Origin: a virus
DNA length: 44,092 nucleotides
Direction: 5' to 3' (one strand)
Virus record (IMG/VR): IMGVR_UViG_3300027852_000015
Coordinates: 1-44,092 of that record
The notes below the pieces were generated by a model. The model made no database searches, was not told the origin of the DNA, and was given only the letters and a program-made list of their open reading frames with translations. Every line of letters starts with the position of its first letter. Within the stretch, counting starts at the first letter, position 1. Below are positions 18,786 to 28,456 of this stretch, in pieces. The position numbers and the translations under genes are program-made.

Positions 18786-20582
18786 ATGGGAAACATAGAT
18801 TTCAACTCTATTATGGAAGAGTCCGCAGCTCAGGCAGTTAGTAGCCTAGAGTCTGCGTCTCAGATAGCTGCGCTCCAGAATAAGAGAGCGACTCATGCAA
18901 ATAACCAAGCCGCTGCTTTAGAGACTGCGGCAAGTTTAAAAGCTAGCTCTGACTCTGATGCTGACTTGGCTATGATGCACGCGAAAGCTAATTCAAATAA
19001 GATTGCCAGAGACTTTGGCCTTGATACAGTTAATGCTAACGGGATTATGTCTCAATTAGCTAAGGCTTATAATGCAACTTCTCAGTCATACTATGCGGCA
19101 CAAGCTAAGGTAGATGAAGTTGAGCGAGGCAGTGACCTCCTAGCTAACCCTATGGGCTGGTTTAAAGACATGGTTATAGGGGATGAGATCAGAGCAGATA
19201 GAGATGCAATCGCAGGTAAGAGAGATCAGATAGCTAAAGATCTTGATACAATTAATAAGCTTGTCCAGAAAGACACAGCAACTAGAATGGCTCTGGCTGA
19301 GACTTCTAACGCAGATTCTATAAGAGACAAGGCGGAAGCAGCTGAGACTCTGGCATTTGCACAGGCTGAGGAAGCTAGATCTAATGCAGCAGGCTATGCT
19401 TCTGTAGGGCTTAAGGTTCTAAGAGAATCAGGATCTGAAGCATTCAACAATAGACTTGACATGTTTAAGTTGCAGCAAGCTAACCTAAGACATGAAGACC
19501 AGATGGCTATGCAGAAAGCCAGCTTGGATCAGAGAAAGAAAGAGCTAGAGAAAACTAACGGAAAAGAGGCAGCCAGAACTGCGACAGCTAACTTGGTAGT
19601 AGACTACCGAGATAAGCTGGGCCTGCCTGCGGCCTCTGTTGACATAATTAAGCTTAATATGGATAAGAATAGCGAGCTTGGTGCTATATTCCGTAGGCAG
19701 GCTGAACTAGGTCTACAGTCTTCCGACTCTCAGAGCTTAACTATAGGCACATCTCCTGGGGACTCCTATATGAATGCAGTGGAGTTTGGCTCAGACTTAG
19801 AGTCTCAGGTTGGCACAGAGCAATATGACAGGTTACAAGAAGCTCAGCGTCTGGTTAACGAAGCGGCCGCAAGCATAGGAGGCCAAGCAGGCACAGAAGC
19901 TGCAGCCAACGCAGCTAACTGGGGACTTACTAAGCAGGCAGTTAAAACCAGATCTGGTATTGCCCACGCTCTCTCAGCTGCTCACGGAGAGTTACAGGCC
20001 AAAGCGGATCTTAACTTTGCTTCTAAGCCTTTAGATGTAGATGGCATGCTTGCCACGGCTCCTGGCTTAGCTTATACAAGAGTATTCCAGCAAGTTATCT
20101 CTCCTACTGTGGAGGCTACAGATGCAGATATTACGCTGGATAAGATACTCTCTGGGACTGCGGAACTTTACGCGTCTGGGGAACTTACAAGCTCAGAGGC
20201 TGCGAAAGAGCTGAGAGCTATAGTAAGGCTAGCTGTGGATCAGGAGAATGCAGCAGGTGATAGACTTATTATGGGAGCTAAGCCGCTTAATAATAAGAAG
20301 CTGGAAGTAGTTGTGTCGCAAGGTAAGATATTGCCGTCTGTTAGCTTTGGTATGCCTACGCTGCCGGAACGCCCTGGATCTATAACAGAAGCGGCCAAGC
20401 TTGGGGCAGCTACTGTAGCTAAAGGTGTAATCCCTGGGCTTCATTTTGCTAAACTAGGTAAGACAGATAAACATGTTAAAGTCGACCTGCTTAATCCTAC
20501 AGGAATCGCTACTTACCTGGCCTCTTATCGTGCAACTAAGCTGGCCTCTGATCTAGAACTAGCCAGAACTAAGCAAGACTAA
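18786..20582 (+). CDS. Ala-rich coiled-coil internal-virion or ejection-like protein
   Basis: 598 aa. The call rests on position and composition only. Confidence 0.45.
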   Translation: MGNIDFNSIMEESAAQAVSSLESASQIAALQNKRATHANNQAAALETAASLKASSDSDADLAMMHAKANSNKIARDFGLDTVNANGIMSQLAKAYNATSQSYYAAQAKVDEVERGSDLLANPMGWFKDMVIGDEIRADRDAIAGKRDQIAKDLDTINKLVQKDTATRMALAETSNADSIRDKAEAAETLAFAQAEEARSNAAGYASVGLKVLRESGSEAFNNRLDMFKLQQANLRHEDQMAMQKASLDQRKKELEKTNGKEAARTATANLVVDYRDKLGLPAASVDIIKLNMDKNSELGAIFRRQAELGLQSSDSQSLTIGTSPGDSYMNAVEFGSDLESQVGTEQYDRLQEAQRLVNEAAASIGGQAGTEAAANAANWGLTKQAVKTRSGIAHALSAAHGELQAKADLNFASKPLDVDGMLATAPGLAYTRVFQQVISPTVEATDADITLDKILSGTAELYASGELTSSEAAKELRAIVRLAVDQENAAGDRLIMGAKPLNNKKLEVVVSQGKILPSVSFGMPTLPERPGSITEAAKLGAATVAKGVIPGLHFAKLGKTDKHVKVDLLNPTGIATYLASYRATKLASDLELARTKQD

Positions 20583-20606
20583 GCTAAACCTAACTGAGAC
20601 TTTACT

Positions 20607-23600
20607 ATGGCAACTGAATCTGAGATGTACGATAGCGCACCTGACTGGCTTAAGGCTGCAGATAACCATAACATATCTGACTCAGGTGGCTCTTTCTTCT
20701 CCTCACTGGGTAATGCACCAGAGTTTCTTACTGTCTCTGCGATCTCCGGCCTAAACTCCTTATATAACTCTGGCGTAGCTGTAGCCAATGTATTTAATGA
20801 TGAGCTGAATCAGATAGAGCAGAATGATACAGGGGAATACATAGCTGACTATGACGAGGACTTAGGGGAGTATTATAAAAAGAACCAAGATAGCGCGGAT
20901 CTCCTAGGTTTTATAGCTACTTCTTTTATTCCTGGAGGTGCCGCAGTTAAGGGAGTTAAAGCGCTACAATCCGGGGCTAGAGCTACGAGAGCTATGCAGG
21001 CAGGCTCTATAGGCGGAGGCATGTCTAGGGCCACAGGCTTACTGGTTCCGCAGGCACAGCTACAGGTCAGGAAACAGGCGGCTGATTATGCTTCCCGTAA
21101 TGCGGTATGGAAACTTACTGACGCTTCTACTCTTAAACTAATAGCAGGCGGCACAGCTCAAGGTGCCTTAGAGGGTATCGCATTCGAATCTGCTGTAATG
21201 GCAACTATGTTTAAAGCTCCTATGTTTGAGGACATGGATGCTATAGATATGGTTAAGAATCTAGGTATCGGAGTCGCATTCGGCGGCGTAGCCGGTGGTA
21301 TCTTAGATGGAGCTAAAGGTTATTTTGAGGTCTCCTCTCTACTCAAAGCAGCTAAAGGCAGAAAGAGTGCGCTTGCCACTAATGGTCACATAGTTCAGGG
21401 GCACAAGTTCCGTAATGCAGATGATATTATCGCCGCGGATGACGCTATTAGTTCGATCTCTATGAAAGATCCTGATGGCGTAGGCCGGATAGTTAAGCCT
21501 GTTACACCTGAGGAAGTTCTTGATTTAAAACTTGCCAATAACGAAACTGGTTATAGTATCTCACCGGAAGCAGTAGAGGCAGAGGCTGCGCATCTTACTA
21601 AGACTCGTGGTGATAATCTTAAGATGCTGGAGAACGAGAAGCGCAGAGCTATAAGGAATCTCCAGACTGGGGACAAAGGCGGCGCGGCTACTAAAGGCTT
21701 GGATAACACAGATAATTTCGGCAATCATGTAGCTGATATATTCGCTAAGCTCGAAGGCACTAACACCTATAACTTCTTTGATAACATGCAGGAGTATACC
21801 AGAGCCAAAGGTGTGTCTCTGTTTAATCGCAAAGTATCTGCTATAGCTAAAGACCGTAAGCTAAAAAAGTCTGAGGCAACTAAGCTTGCAGGAGAAGATA
21901 CTACCTCTTTTGTGCAGCTCCACAGCGGCGGCATCGGTAATGTTATGGAGTCTGGGACAGCTATGCCTGGAGGTCTGAGACTTGCAGATAGAGCTACGCC
22001 TAAGCAGGCAGCTAAATTCATAGACCGCCAGTCATTTAGCTTGGCTCGGCCTGTAATCTCAGGTGCGGTACGTAATCCTAATGAGATAGAGGCAAGACAG
22101 ATCTGGGCTGCAGGTCTACCTACTGCTGCACTACAGAAAACTAAGCTGGTTAATGTTGGTGACTTGCCTCTTATGCGAGAGCTAGTTAAGCGTAAGATAA
22201 CTGGCACTCTTATTGATTTCGGTCAGGGAGATGTTAGGCAGATATTAGATACTAAGCAGCTGGAAGATATCTATACAACTGCGCAGACTGACCTGTTTGA
22301 ATCTCTTATAGAGAAGAAAGCTACCACGCATTTTATGGAGCTGGCTACTGATATAAGACAGGATTTTATTGAGGGCGTAGCTAAGTATTCAGATGACGCA
22401 GATATGTCTAAGAACTTCTCAGCTCAGGAGAGTTATGCAGCAGAGCTATCTACTCACACTGGCACACCTATAGATGCGTTAGATCTCCATTCTGTTCCCA
22501 AGTTCATGAAAGCTTCTTATAGACCTAATGTAACAGATGAAAGCGGCAATGTCCTAAGAGGTATGCAGGCTATTAAGTATCAGGAGCTAACTTATCAGGC
22601 ATCTGCGAATCGAGCTACTGCAGGCTACTTCGGTGCTTATGATGACCTGTTCCTAGAGTATAGTGAAGATGCTATGCGGAACTCTTGGATGGGAGGTTCT
22701 GGCCAAGGCAGGTTCACTAATGCAGGCGGAAGCTACGGGTCTACTGAAGCTATAACCTCAGCTAACGGAAATATATTCTCAGAGGCTAAGAAGTTTAAGA
22801 TTGAGCAGGTGCACGCAGAGTTTGATACGCATCTGCAAGCACTGGTAAGCAACCCAGAAGATGCTCTACGCTGGTCAGTAATTAATGAGATCGTGGCTAA
22901 TCATGGAGAGAAGTTTGTGCTTAATGCGGATGGCACAGCTTTAGTTCCTAGGAAGATACGAGACTGGGAAGCTGCGATAGAAGGCGGAGCTGATATACCT
23001 AAGCCAGCTTTGATGGAAGGTACACAGGAGTTTATTGAGCTGCCTTCGGTAGCAGTGCAGGATCTAGCCAAGCTTCATATCAAACGCTCTGCCTCTGTTA
23101 ATAAGCATATGGGCAGACTCGCAGCGGCGCAAGGTAATGAGAGCCGTAAGTTTGGGGATACTTTCTACCCAGTACGCAGAGATCCTAAACAGTTTAAGCA
23201 CGTAGCATTTGTCATTGACCCTAAGCTATCAGGCGTAGGTCATAAGAAAATGATTATGGCTAGAACTGGCGAGGAGCTAGATAAGCTTATAGCTAAAGTC
23301 CCGCCTCAATATAAGACAACTACTCTTACTCAGTCTGATGAGTTCTTCCAGGCTAAGGGAGATTGGATGTATGATAGATCATTACACGAGAATTATTTAG
23401 ACGCAGACTTACAGTCGGCAGGTATCCGATCTAACTTTTTCCCCGATACAGATCCGCAACGTATAGCAGATGATCTCTTACAGCATCATATAAGACAAGA
23501 GCATACTGTCTTGCGTGAAGCTATGGCAACCAAGTTCCAGAAATTTATTGGAGAGATGGAAAAGCAAGGTAAGTTATTTGCAACTGAGCACGGATCTAGT

Positions 23601-25499
23601 ACAGATCACATATCTAAGCTCTCGGTCTCTACTACAAATAACCCTTACATGGCACAGGTTAAGTCTCTGTTTGATATATCTAGGCTAGAAGATGCCCCAG
23701 ACTGGTGGCTCTCAGTTAACCAGCAGCTAGATAAAAGCGTATCTCAGATCTGGAATAAAGCTACTGAGATCTCTCACTCAGCTAAGTTTGCGGAACCAGA
23801 GAAACTGGATCAGATTAATGCGGTATTTGAGGAGGCGGGATTTAAGTCAGCCTACTACGATGCAGCTCTTAACACTTTGGCTAATAGTCGTATACCTCAA
23901 GGAGTCTTGACTAAGTTTGTACGTAAGGCTAACGCATTCTTAACCAATACAGTTCTTAGACTTGATGCATTCAATGCTTTAAATAATAAGCTCGGTAACT
24001 TAGTTATTATGAGTGCTGAGATGTCTTCTCTTATCAAAGCTATTAAGACTGGAGATGAAGGCACAGCAGGTGAGTTAAGTAAGTTAATGGATCTGGCTGT
24101 TCCAGGAGGTGAAGGTGCCAAGATACTTTCTCCTACAAAACTTATATCTAATTCCTATAAGCTTCTTCACGGCAAAGACTCAGCAATTCTGTTTGACCAG
24201 TTATCTAAGCACGGTCTTGTACCTGAGATGATGGATCAGTATCGTAAAGGTATTGATGCCATGACACTATCTGGGACCGAGACAGTTAAGGATATGTCTA
24301 AGAGATCTGCACAGCTAGGTAAAGTTATGACAGACTTTGCTGAGTGGGGAGCTAAGAAGTCAGGTAACGAATGGTCAGAGAAAATGAACAGAGCTGTGGC
24401 TGCAGTTACTATGAAACAGATCACAGACTTAGCAGTTAAAGCCGGGCACATAACAGAGAAAGAGTCTTGGTCTTATATCAACACTTTTGTCTCCAGACTT
24501 AACGGAACCATACGCGCATCTGAGCGACCTCTTATGTTTCAGGGGCCAATAGGGCAAGCTATGGGACTATTTCAGTCTTACCAGCTTAACTTAATTCAGC
24601 AGACTCTTAGGCATGTAGGAGAGAGTCGAGGTAAGTCTCTTGCTATTATGGCAGGGATGCAGACTTCTATCTATGGAGCTAGCAGCTTACCTGGATTCCA
24701 TTTTATTAATACATCTCTTGTAGGTAACGCATATGGAAACCTTGAGCACAAAGACTTATATACTGGATCTTCTGATATCTTTGGTGACGAAGGTGCGGAG
24801 TGGCTTATGTATGGCGCTCCTAGTAATATACTTAATGCTTCTTTATATACTCGGGGTAATACCAATCCCAGGACATGGCATATTGTACCTAACCCCACCA
24901 ATCCGGGGGACTTACCTTTTATATCAGGTATAGCTAAAGCTACTTCTTCTGTATTAAATGCGACAAAGAAAGTAGCGGATGGCGCCCCTGTATTTGAGTC
25001 GTTCTTAGGGGCTGTTGAGCATCTAGGTATCTCAAGACCGCTTGCAGGTCTGGCTGCTTCTGCCCGAGGCATTACTAACGAAGGTGTAGCGTTCACTACT
25101 CAGCGTAGCGGTAACTTCTTATATGAGAATGATTTGTTGTCTCTCACTACGTTATCCAGATTAGCTGGAGCTAAGCCTTTAGATGAAGCTGTAATGCAGA
25201 ATATGTTTTATAGGAATCGAGGGTATGAAGCTAAGGATAGAGACAGAAGAATGCAGCTAGGAGAAGCTATAAGAGCCTCAATGGTAGGAGGTGGGGATGT
25301 AGATCAGGAAGCTATCGGGGATTTTGCGGAGGCTTATGTAAGGAGAGGAGGCAACCAAAAACAGTTTAATTCATACTTTGCTAATCAGTATGTTAATGCA
25401 ACTACCTCCCAAGCAGCTCAGATGGCGGAAGGTCTTAAGTCCCACAGAGCTGTTGAGATGCAGAAGTTACTTGGTGGAGCTGATTCGTTAGGTGATTAG
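20607..25499 (+). CDS. giant (1630 aa) internal-virion or DNA-ejection-like protein
   Basis: It is the largest gene and the last of the late block, analogous in position to T7 gp16 or P22 ejection proteins. No catalytic motif was recognised. Confidence 0.45.
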   Translation: MATESEMYDSAPDWLKAADNHNISDSGGSFFSSLGNAPEFLTVSAISGLNSLYNSGVAVANVFNDELNQIEQNDTGEYIADYDEDLGEYYKKNQDSADLLGFIATSFIPGGAAVKGVKALQSGARATRAMQAGSIGGGMSRATGLLVPQAQLQVRKQAADYASRNAVWKLTDASTLKLIAGGTAQGALEGIAFESAVMATMFKAPMFEDMDAIDMVKNLGIGVAFGGVAGGILDGAKGYFEVSSLLKAAKGRKSALATNGHIVQGHKFRNADDIIAADDAISSISMKDPDGVGRIVKPVTPEEVLDLKLANNETGYSISPEAVEAEAAHLTKTRGDNLKMLENEKRRAIRNLQTGDKGGAATKGLDNTDNFGNHVADIFAKLEGTNTYNFFDNMQEYTRAKGVSLFNRKVSAIAKDRKLKKSEATKLAGEDTTSFVQLHSGGIGNVMESGTAMPGGLRLADRATPKQAAKFIDRQSFSLARPVISGAVRNPNEIEARQIWAAGLPTAALQKTKLVNVGDLPLMRELVKRKITGTLIDFGQGDVRQILDTKQLEDIYTTAQTDLFESLIEKKATTHFMELATDIRQDFIEGVAKYSDDADMSKNFSAQESYAAELSTHTGTPIDALDLHSVPKFMKASYRPNVTDESGNVLRGMQAIKYQELTYQASANRATAGYFGAYDDLFLEYSEDAMRNSWMGGSGQGRFTNAGGSYGSTEAITSANGNIFSEAKKFKIEQVHAEFDTHLQALVSNPEDALRWSVINEIVANHGEKFVLNADGTALVPRKIRDWEAAIEGGADIPKPALMEGTQEFIELPSVAVQDLAKLHIKRSASVNKHMGRLAAAQGNESRKFGDTFYPVRRDPKQFKHVAFVIDPKLSGVGHKKMIMARTGEELDKLIAKVPPQYKTTTLTQSDEFFQAKGDWMYDRSLHENYLDADLQSAGIRSNFFPDTDPQRIADDLLQHHIRQEHTVLREAMATKFQKFIGEMEKQGKLFATEHGSSTDHISKLSVSTTNNPYMAQVKSLFDISRLEDAPDWWLSVNQQLDKSVSQIWNKATEISHSAKFAEPEKLDQINAVFEEAGFKSAYYDAALNTLANSRIPQGVLTKFVRKANAFLTNTVLRLDAFNALNNKLGNLVIMSAEMSSLIKAIKTGDEGTAGELSKLMDLAVPGGEGAKILSPTKLISNSYKLLHGKDSAILFDQLSKHGLVPEMMDQYRKGIDAMTLSGTETVKDMSKRSAQLGKVMTDFAEWGAKKSGNEWSEKMNRAVAAVTMKQITDLAVKAGHITEKESWSYINTFVSRLNGTIRASERPLMFQGPIGQAMGLFQSYQLNLIQQTLRHVGESRGKSLAIMAGMQTSIYGASSLPGFHFINTSLVGNAYGNLEHKDLYTGSSDIFGDEGAEWLMYGAPSNILNASLYTRGNTNPRTWHIVPNPTNPGDLPFISGIAKATSSVLNATKKVADGAPVFESFLGAVEHLGISRPLAGLAASARGITNEGVAFTTQRSGNFLYENDLLSLTTLSRLAGAKPLDEAVMQNMFYRNRGYEAKDRDRRMQLGEAIRASMVGGGDVDQEAIGDFAEAYVRRGGNQKQFNSYFANQYVNATTSQAAQMAEGLKSHRAVEMQKLLGGADSLGD

Positions 25500-25769
25500 T
25501 TAGCCTAAATCTACCCAATCCTCAGCCAGCATATCCGTCTGCGAAGCCAGCCAGCCTGGTTGCATAGAACCCGCAGCAGTGAACATATCAATATGCGGAT
25601 TGATATTAGTTGGCTCAGTGATACCAGCTTTGCTGTATGGCGTATTAGCCACAGGTCGCACGCTGTCCGAGCCTGGCACCAGTATTAGCCACATGCCTTT
25701 GCCATTCCACCCTTCTCTGGCTACCTTGTTTCCTGCTTTCATTGCTTCTATTGCTTGTCCAAAGTTCAT
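25500..25769 (-). CDS. DUF2829 family protein (Tad2-like candidate anti-Thoeris sponge)
   Basis: MNFGQAIEAMKAGNKVAREGWNGKGMW ... GWLASQTDMLAEDW matches the DUF2829 hallmarks. I prefer the ATG at 25769, which has a GGAGA ribosome-binding site 7 nt upstream, over the track start at 25790. Confidence 0.75.
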   Translation of the reverse strand: MNFGQAIEAMKAGNKVAREGWNGKGMWLILVPGSDSVRPVANTPYSKAGITEPTNINPHIDMFTAAGSMQPGWLASQTDMLAEDWVDLG

Positions 25770-25816
25770 AACATTTCTCCGCACCGTCAAAGGTGGCGCA
25801 TACCTATAAGATTAGG

Positions 25817-26092
25817 TTAAATTAATTCAGAAGGTGAGCTATAAGAGGCTGCGTTCACAGCTCCACTCTCGTAAGCTTCTACTAGGTCGCCTAGAATCGC
25901 AGCTTCCTCCAGCTCATTTATAGCTATATGTTCGGTAAGCTCGGCTCCGCTCTCAAGGCTATAAAGACGTATCATACCTATCTCATACTGATCCCCCAGG
26001 GCAGGAACTACTGTAGCTTTAGCATTTACTGTAAGGCCATTAGATAGGGTGAATTCTATCTCTGCTCTCATATCAGGTTTGTTAGCGCGCAT
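25817..26092 (-). CDS. hypothetical acidic protein
   Basis: 91-aa ORF. Confidence 0.6.
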   Translation of the reverse strand: MRANKPDMRAEIEFTLSNGLTVNAKATVVPALGDQYEIGMIRLYSLESGAELTEHIAINELEEAAILGDLVEAYESGAVNAASYSSPSELI

Positions 26093-26093
26093 T

Positions 26094-26636
26094 TTAGTTA
26101 CTCTCCTTCTCGCCTAGTATTTGATATGCGGTTATGTTGCTGCCGGCTCTTTTATCGTGTGCCCATCGCCAGTTTATGCTGCTACCGTGCCACCTATTAC
26201 CAGCATACACCCTATACTCACACCCTTCTGGTATAGGACACTCACCGCCGAACCAAGGCTGAGGCGGGTTTTCTATTACTCGGTAGCCGCTCCACCTTAC
26301 CTTATCAACTTCAGACGATAAAGATGTGGCCCCGTCGTTGTAAAAACAGCCGTTACCCACAGAGTATCTCTTGTATTTTATGCTGGGGTCCTCCCACACC
26401 TCGCACAGTATGTCTTTAGGTAGTACAGGGCGTTTTTTAATTAAGCTCGAACTTGTGCCTGCGCTCATAGGTGCCGACCCATCCTCCAAATAAAGCGCTG
26501 GAGACCATCCGCCACCATAGCTAACTTCTGCAATTATCGGGTATTCCTGCTCTGGGTGGTATGCAAGGATATTGACCTCATTTCCCGCTTTGTTCTTACG
26601 CTCAAACTGCGCTTTGATCTTATCTAGTTCGTTCAT
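26094..26636 (-). CDS. hypothetical protein (Trp/Gly-rich C-terminus)
   Basis: 180-aa ORF with no recognised motif. Confidence 0.6.
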   Translation of the reverse strand: MNELDKIKAQFERKNKAGNEVNILAYHPEQEYPIIAEVSYGGGWSPALYLEDGSAPMSAGTSSSLIKKRPVLPKDILCEVWEDPSIKYKRYSVGNGCFYNDGATSLSSEVDKVRWSGYRVIENPPQPWFGGECPIPEGCEYRVYAGNRWHGSSINWRWAHDKRAGSNITAYQILGEKESN

Positions 26637-26660
26637 GCTACCTCTCCTTTCTATCTTTAC

Positions 26661-26924
26661 TTAGTTTAATAGTATAGGCTTAAAATCACTTAACGGCCTA
26701 CGTCTGTCTTCTAGCTTATTCCTAAGCAACTTAAATAGCCCCTCGAAATCCGCATGAGTATAATAGCCATCTAGTACAACTCCCAGCTCCGCTGCAATCG
26801 TAGCAATTACCTCGCTAAAACTTACGCAGTCTTCACATAACTCCTGCAAATCTTGGTGATTAAGCAGCTCGCGCTTAAACTTAGTAAACTCCTCTGAAGT
26901 AAAATCAGTCATATTAGATAACAC
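26661..26924 (-). CDS. hypothetical protein
   Basis: 87-aa ORF. Confidence 0.6.
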   Translation of the reverse strand: MLSNMTDFTSEEFTKFKRELLNHQDLQELCEDCVSFSEVIATIAAELGVVLDGYYTHADFEGLFKLLRNKLEDRRRPLSDFKPILLN

Positions 26925-27474
26925 CTGAATTGATTAGTTTCATCAGATGCCGGTGCTGGTTAAGAGCATCACTCATAGCAGTGTGGGAGTTACTATATGA
27001 GGCTGGGACTCGATGCTTAAATAACTCTCTCACAGTTCTGAAATCTCTTAGAGAGTTATAGGGCCAATTAGGCTTAAGACCCTCAGACTTTAGCATATGC
27101 TCTAGTATAGGGAAGTCAAAGTTAATACCGGCTGCCCAGAGATTTAAAGTGTAGGTGCTATCTTCTGTAGCTAGATCAAGTAGAAAGAGAAGCTTCTCTC
27201 CCGCTTCCTTATGAGATATACCAGACAGCTCACAGTAAGACAGGTTAGATGCACGCTCTCGGTCTTGTTTATGCCAAGCTACAGTATCTGGGTTTATATC
27301 ATAGGTAGCACCTGGAAATGACGGCTCAATATCTATCTCATACACAACTTCTATTCCTTGGATATTAAACACTATCCCAATCTGGAATACATAAGCAGTA
27401 GGCTCTAGGCTAAGAGTCTCCAGATCTATCATTACATGCTTAATTGGTTTAGATTGTTTCTTTTGTAGTTTCAT
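26914..27474 (-). CDS. DEDDh-type 3'-5' exonuclease
   Basis: ExoI MIDLETLS, ExoII AAGINFDFPIL, ExoIII HTAMSDALN (H-x4-D). Confidence 0.75.
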   Translation of the reverse strand: MKLQKKQSKPIKHVMIDLETLSLEPTAYVFQIGIVFNIQGIEVVYEIDIEPSFPGATYDINPDTVAWHKQDRERASNLSYCELSGISHKEAGEKLLFLLDLATEDSTYTLNLWAAGINFDFPILEHMLKSEGLKPNWPYNSLRDFRTVRELFKHRVPASYSNSHTAMSDALNQHRHLMKLINSGVI

Positions 27475-27475
27475 A

Positions 27476-27829
27476 CTAGTTACCTTTTAATTTAGTTAAT
27501 AGCTTCTCTATCTTGGTTAAGACTTCAGGCGCTCTAACATAGCCACGGATCTCATATAGGTCTGTAATAACATCTTTATATAACTCATGCTGTAGGTAAG
27601 CTTTGGCCCCAGCTCTGGCGCTATCTAGTTCTACCTTATTGGCGGTAAACATAACAGCTATGTGGAGATGCATCTTATATTGATGCTGCAATGCAAACGA
27701 GGTTGGCATATTCCTGTCTAACTTACTAACGCTCTCTTCTATGCAAGCGGTCATAGGAGGCAGAGGTTGACCAAACCGCTTGCCTGTTCCGTAGCATTCC
27801 AGTAGCTTATCTAATTGACTTTCGCTCAT
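27476..27829 (-). CDS. hypothetical protein
   Basis: 117-aa ORF. Confidence 0.6.
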   Translation of the reverse strand: MSESQLDKLLECYGTGKRFGQPLPPMTACIEESVSKLDRNMPTSFALQHQYKMHLHIAVMFTANKVELDSARAGAKAYLQHELYKDVITDLYEIRGYVRAPEVLTKIEKLLTKLKGN

Positions 27830-27846
27830 AGTAACACCCTTTTAGT

Positions 27847-28224
27847 TTAGTTAATAGAATCGTTAGCATCCATTCTTTCCTCTAGCTCTTCGTCCCCAAG
27901 AGGGGCTAACTCCCACCTAAATCCAGCATAGATATTAGACTTTCTATATCTCTTACCTTTGCCCGCTCCTGCTGCTTGGTATATGCTAGCTATTTTTACC
28001 TTGTGCCCTTGCAGTTCCAAACCTATAGCAGCATCAGGGGCCGTAGGCCAGTGCTTAATTAAGTTACTTTCCAGATCCAGCTGCTTGCAAGAATTCTTAG
28101 CTCTTGGAGATCCTTTCTTTTGTGCTTTCTTTGATACCCTATAAGCTAGCTGAATGGCTGGCATTTCAGGAGACCCAGACTCTACAAGTAACTGGTTAGA
28201 AGCTAGTATATTAATTAGTAGCAT
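27847..28224 (-). CDS. small DNA-binding protein with a homing-endonuclease-type HTH (NUMOD/IENR-like) and no nuclease domain
   Basis: W-TAPDAAIGLEL...KIASIYQAAGAGKGKRYRKSNIYAGFRWE resembles the C-terminal DNA-binding modules of GIY-YIG and HNH homing endonucleases. Confidence 0.4.
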   Translation of the reverse strand: MLLINILASNQLLVESGSPEMPAIQLAYRVSKKAQKKGSPRAKNSCKQLDLESNLIKHWPTAPDAAIGLELQGHKVKIASIYQAAGAGKGKRYRKSNIYAGFRWELAPLGDEELEERMDANDSIN

Positions 28225-28450
28225 TATATAGACTCTCTATCAAGGCTCCCCTAGACTTGAATACGGACCTAGCAGCTCTGCGTAGACCTTCATTGTTGCC
28301 CCAACCTGCACCAACCTGGCTATTTACTAGATGGTAATAGACCTCCGTACTCTTCTTAGCCTGATCCATACTTTCCACCACAGCAAACACTACTTTCTGT
28401 GCAGGTTTATTGTTGCTGATAACCCAGACTTTGTCGTATACTTTAAACAT
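28211..28450 (-). CDS. hypothetical protein
   Basis: 79-aa ORF. Confidence 0.55.
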   Translation of the reverse strand: MFKVYDKVWVISNNKPAQKVVFAVVESMDQAKKSTEVYYHLVNSQVGAGWGNNEGLRRAARSVFKSRGALIESLYNATN

Positions 28451-28456
28451 AGCTTC

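Noticed and set aside
20607-25499. The giant protein read as a cryptic virion RNA polymerase
   Set aside because: I found no DxDGD or NADFDGD-type metal-binding loop (only NADGT) and no T7-like polymerase motifs. The idea stays open only for a structure-based search.
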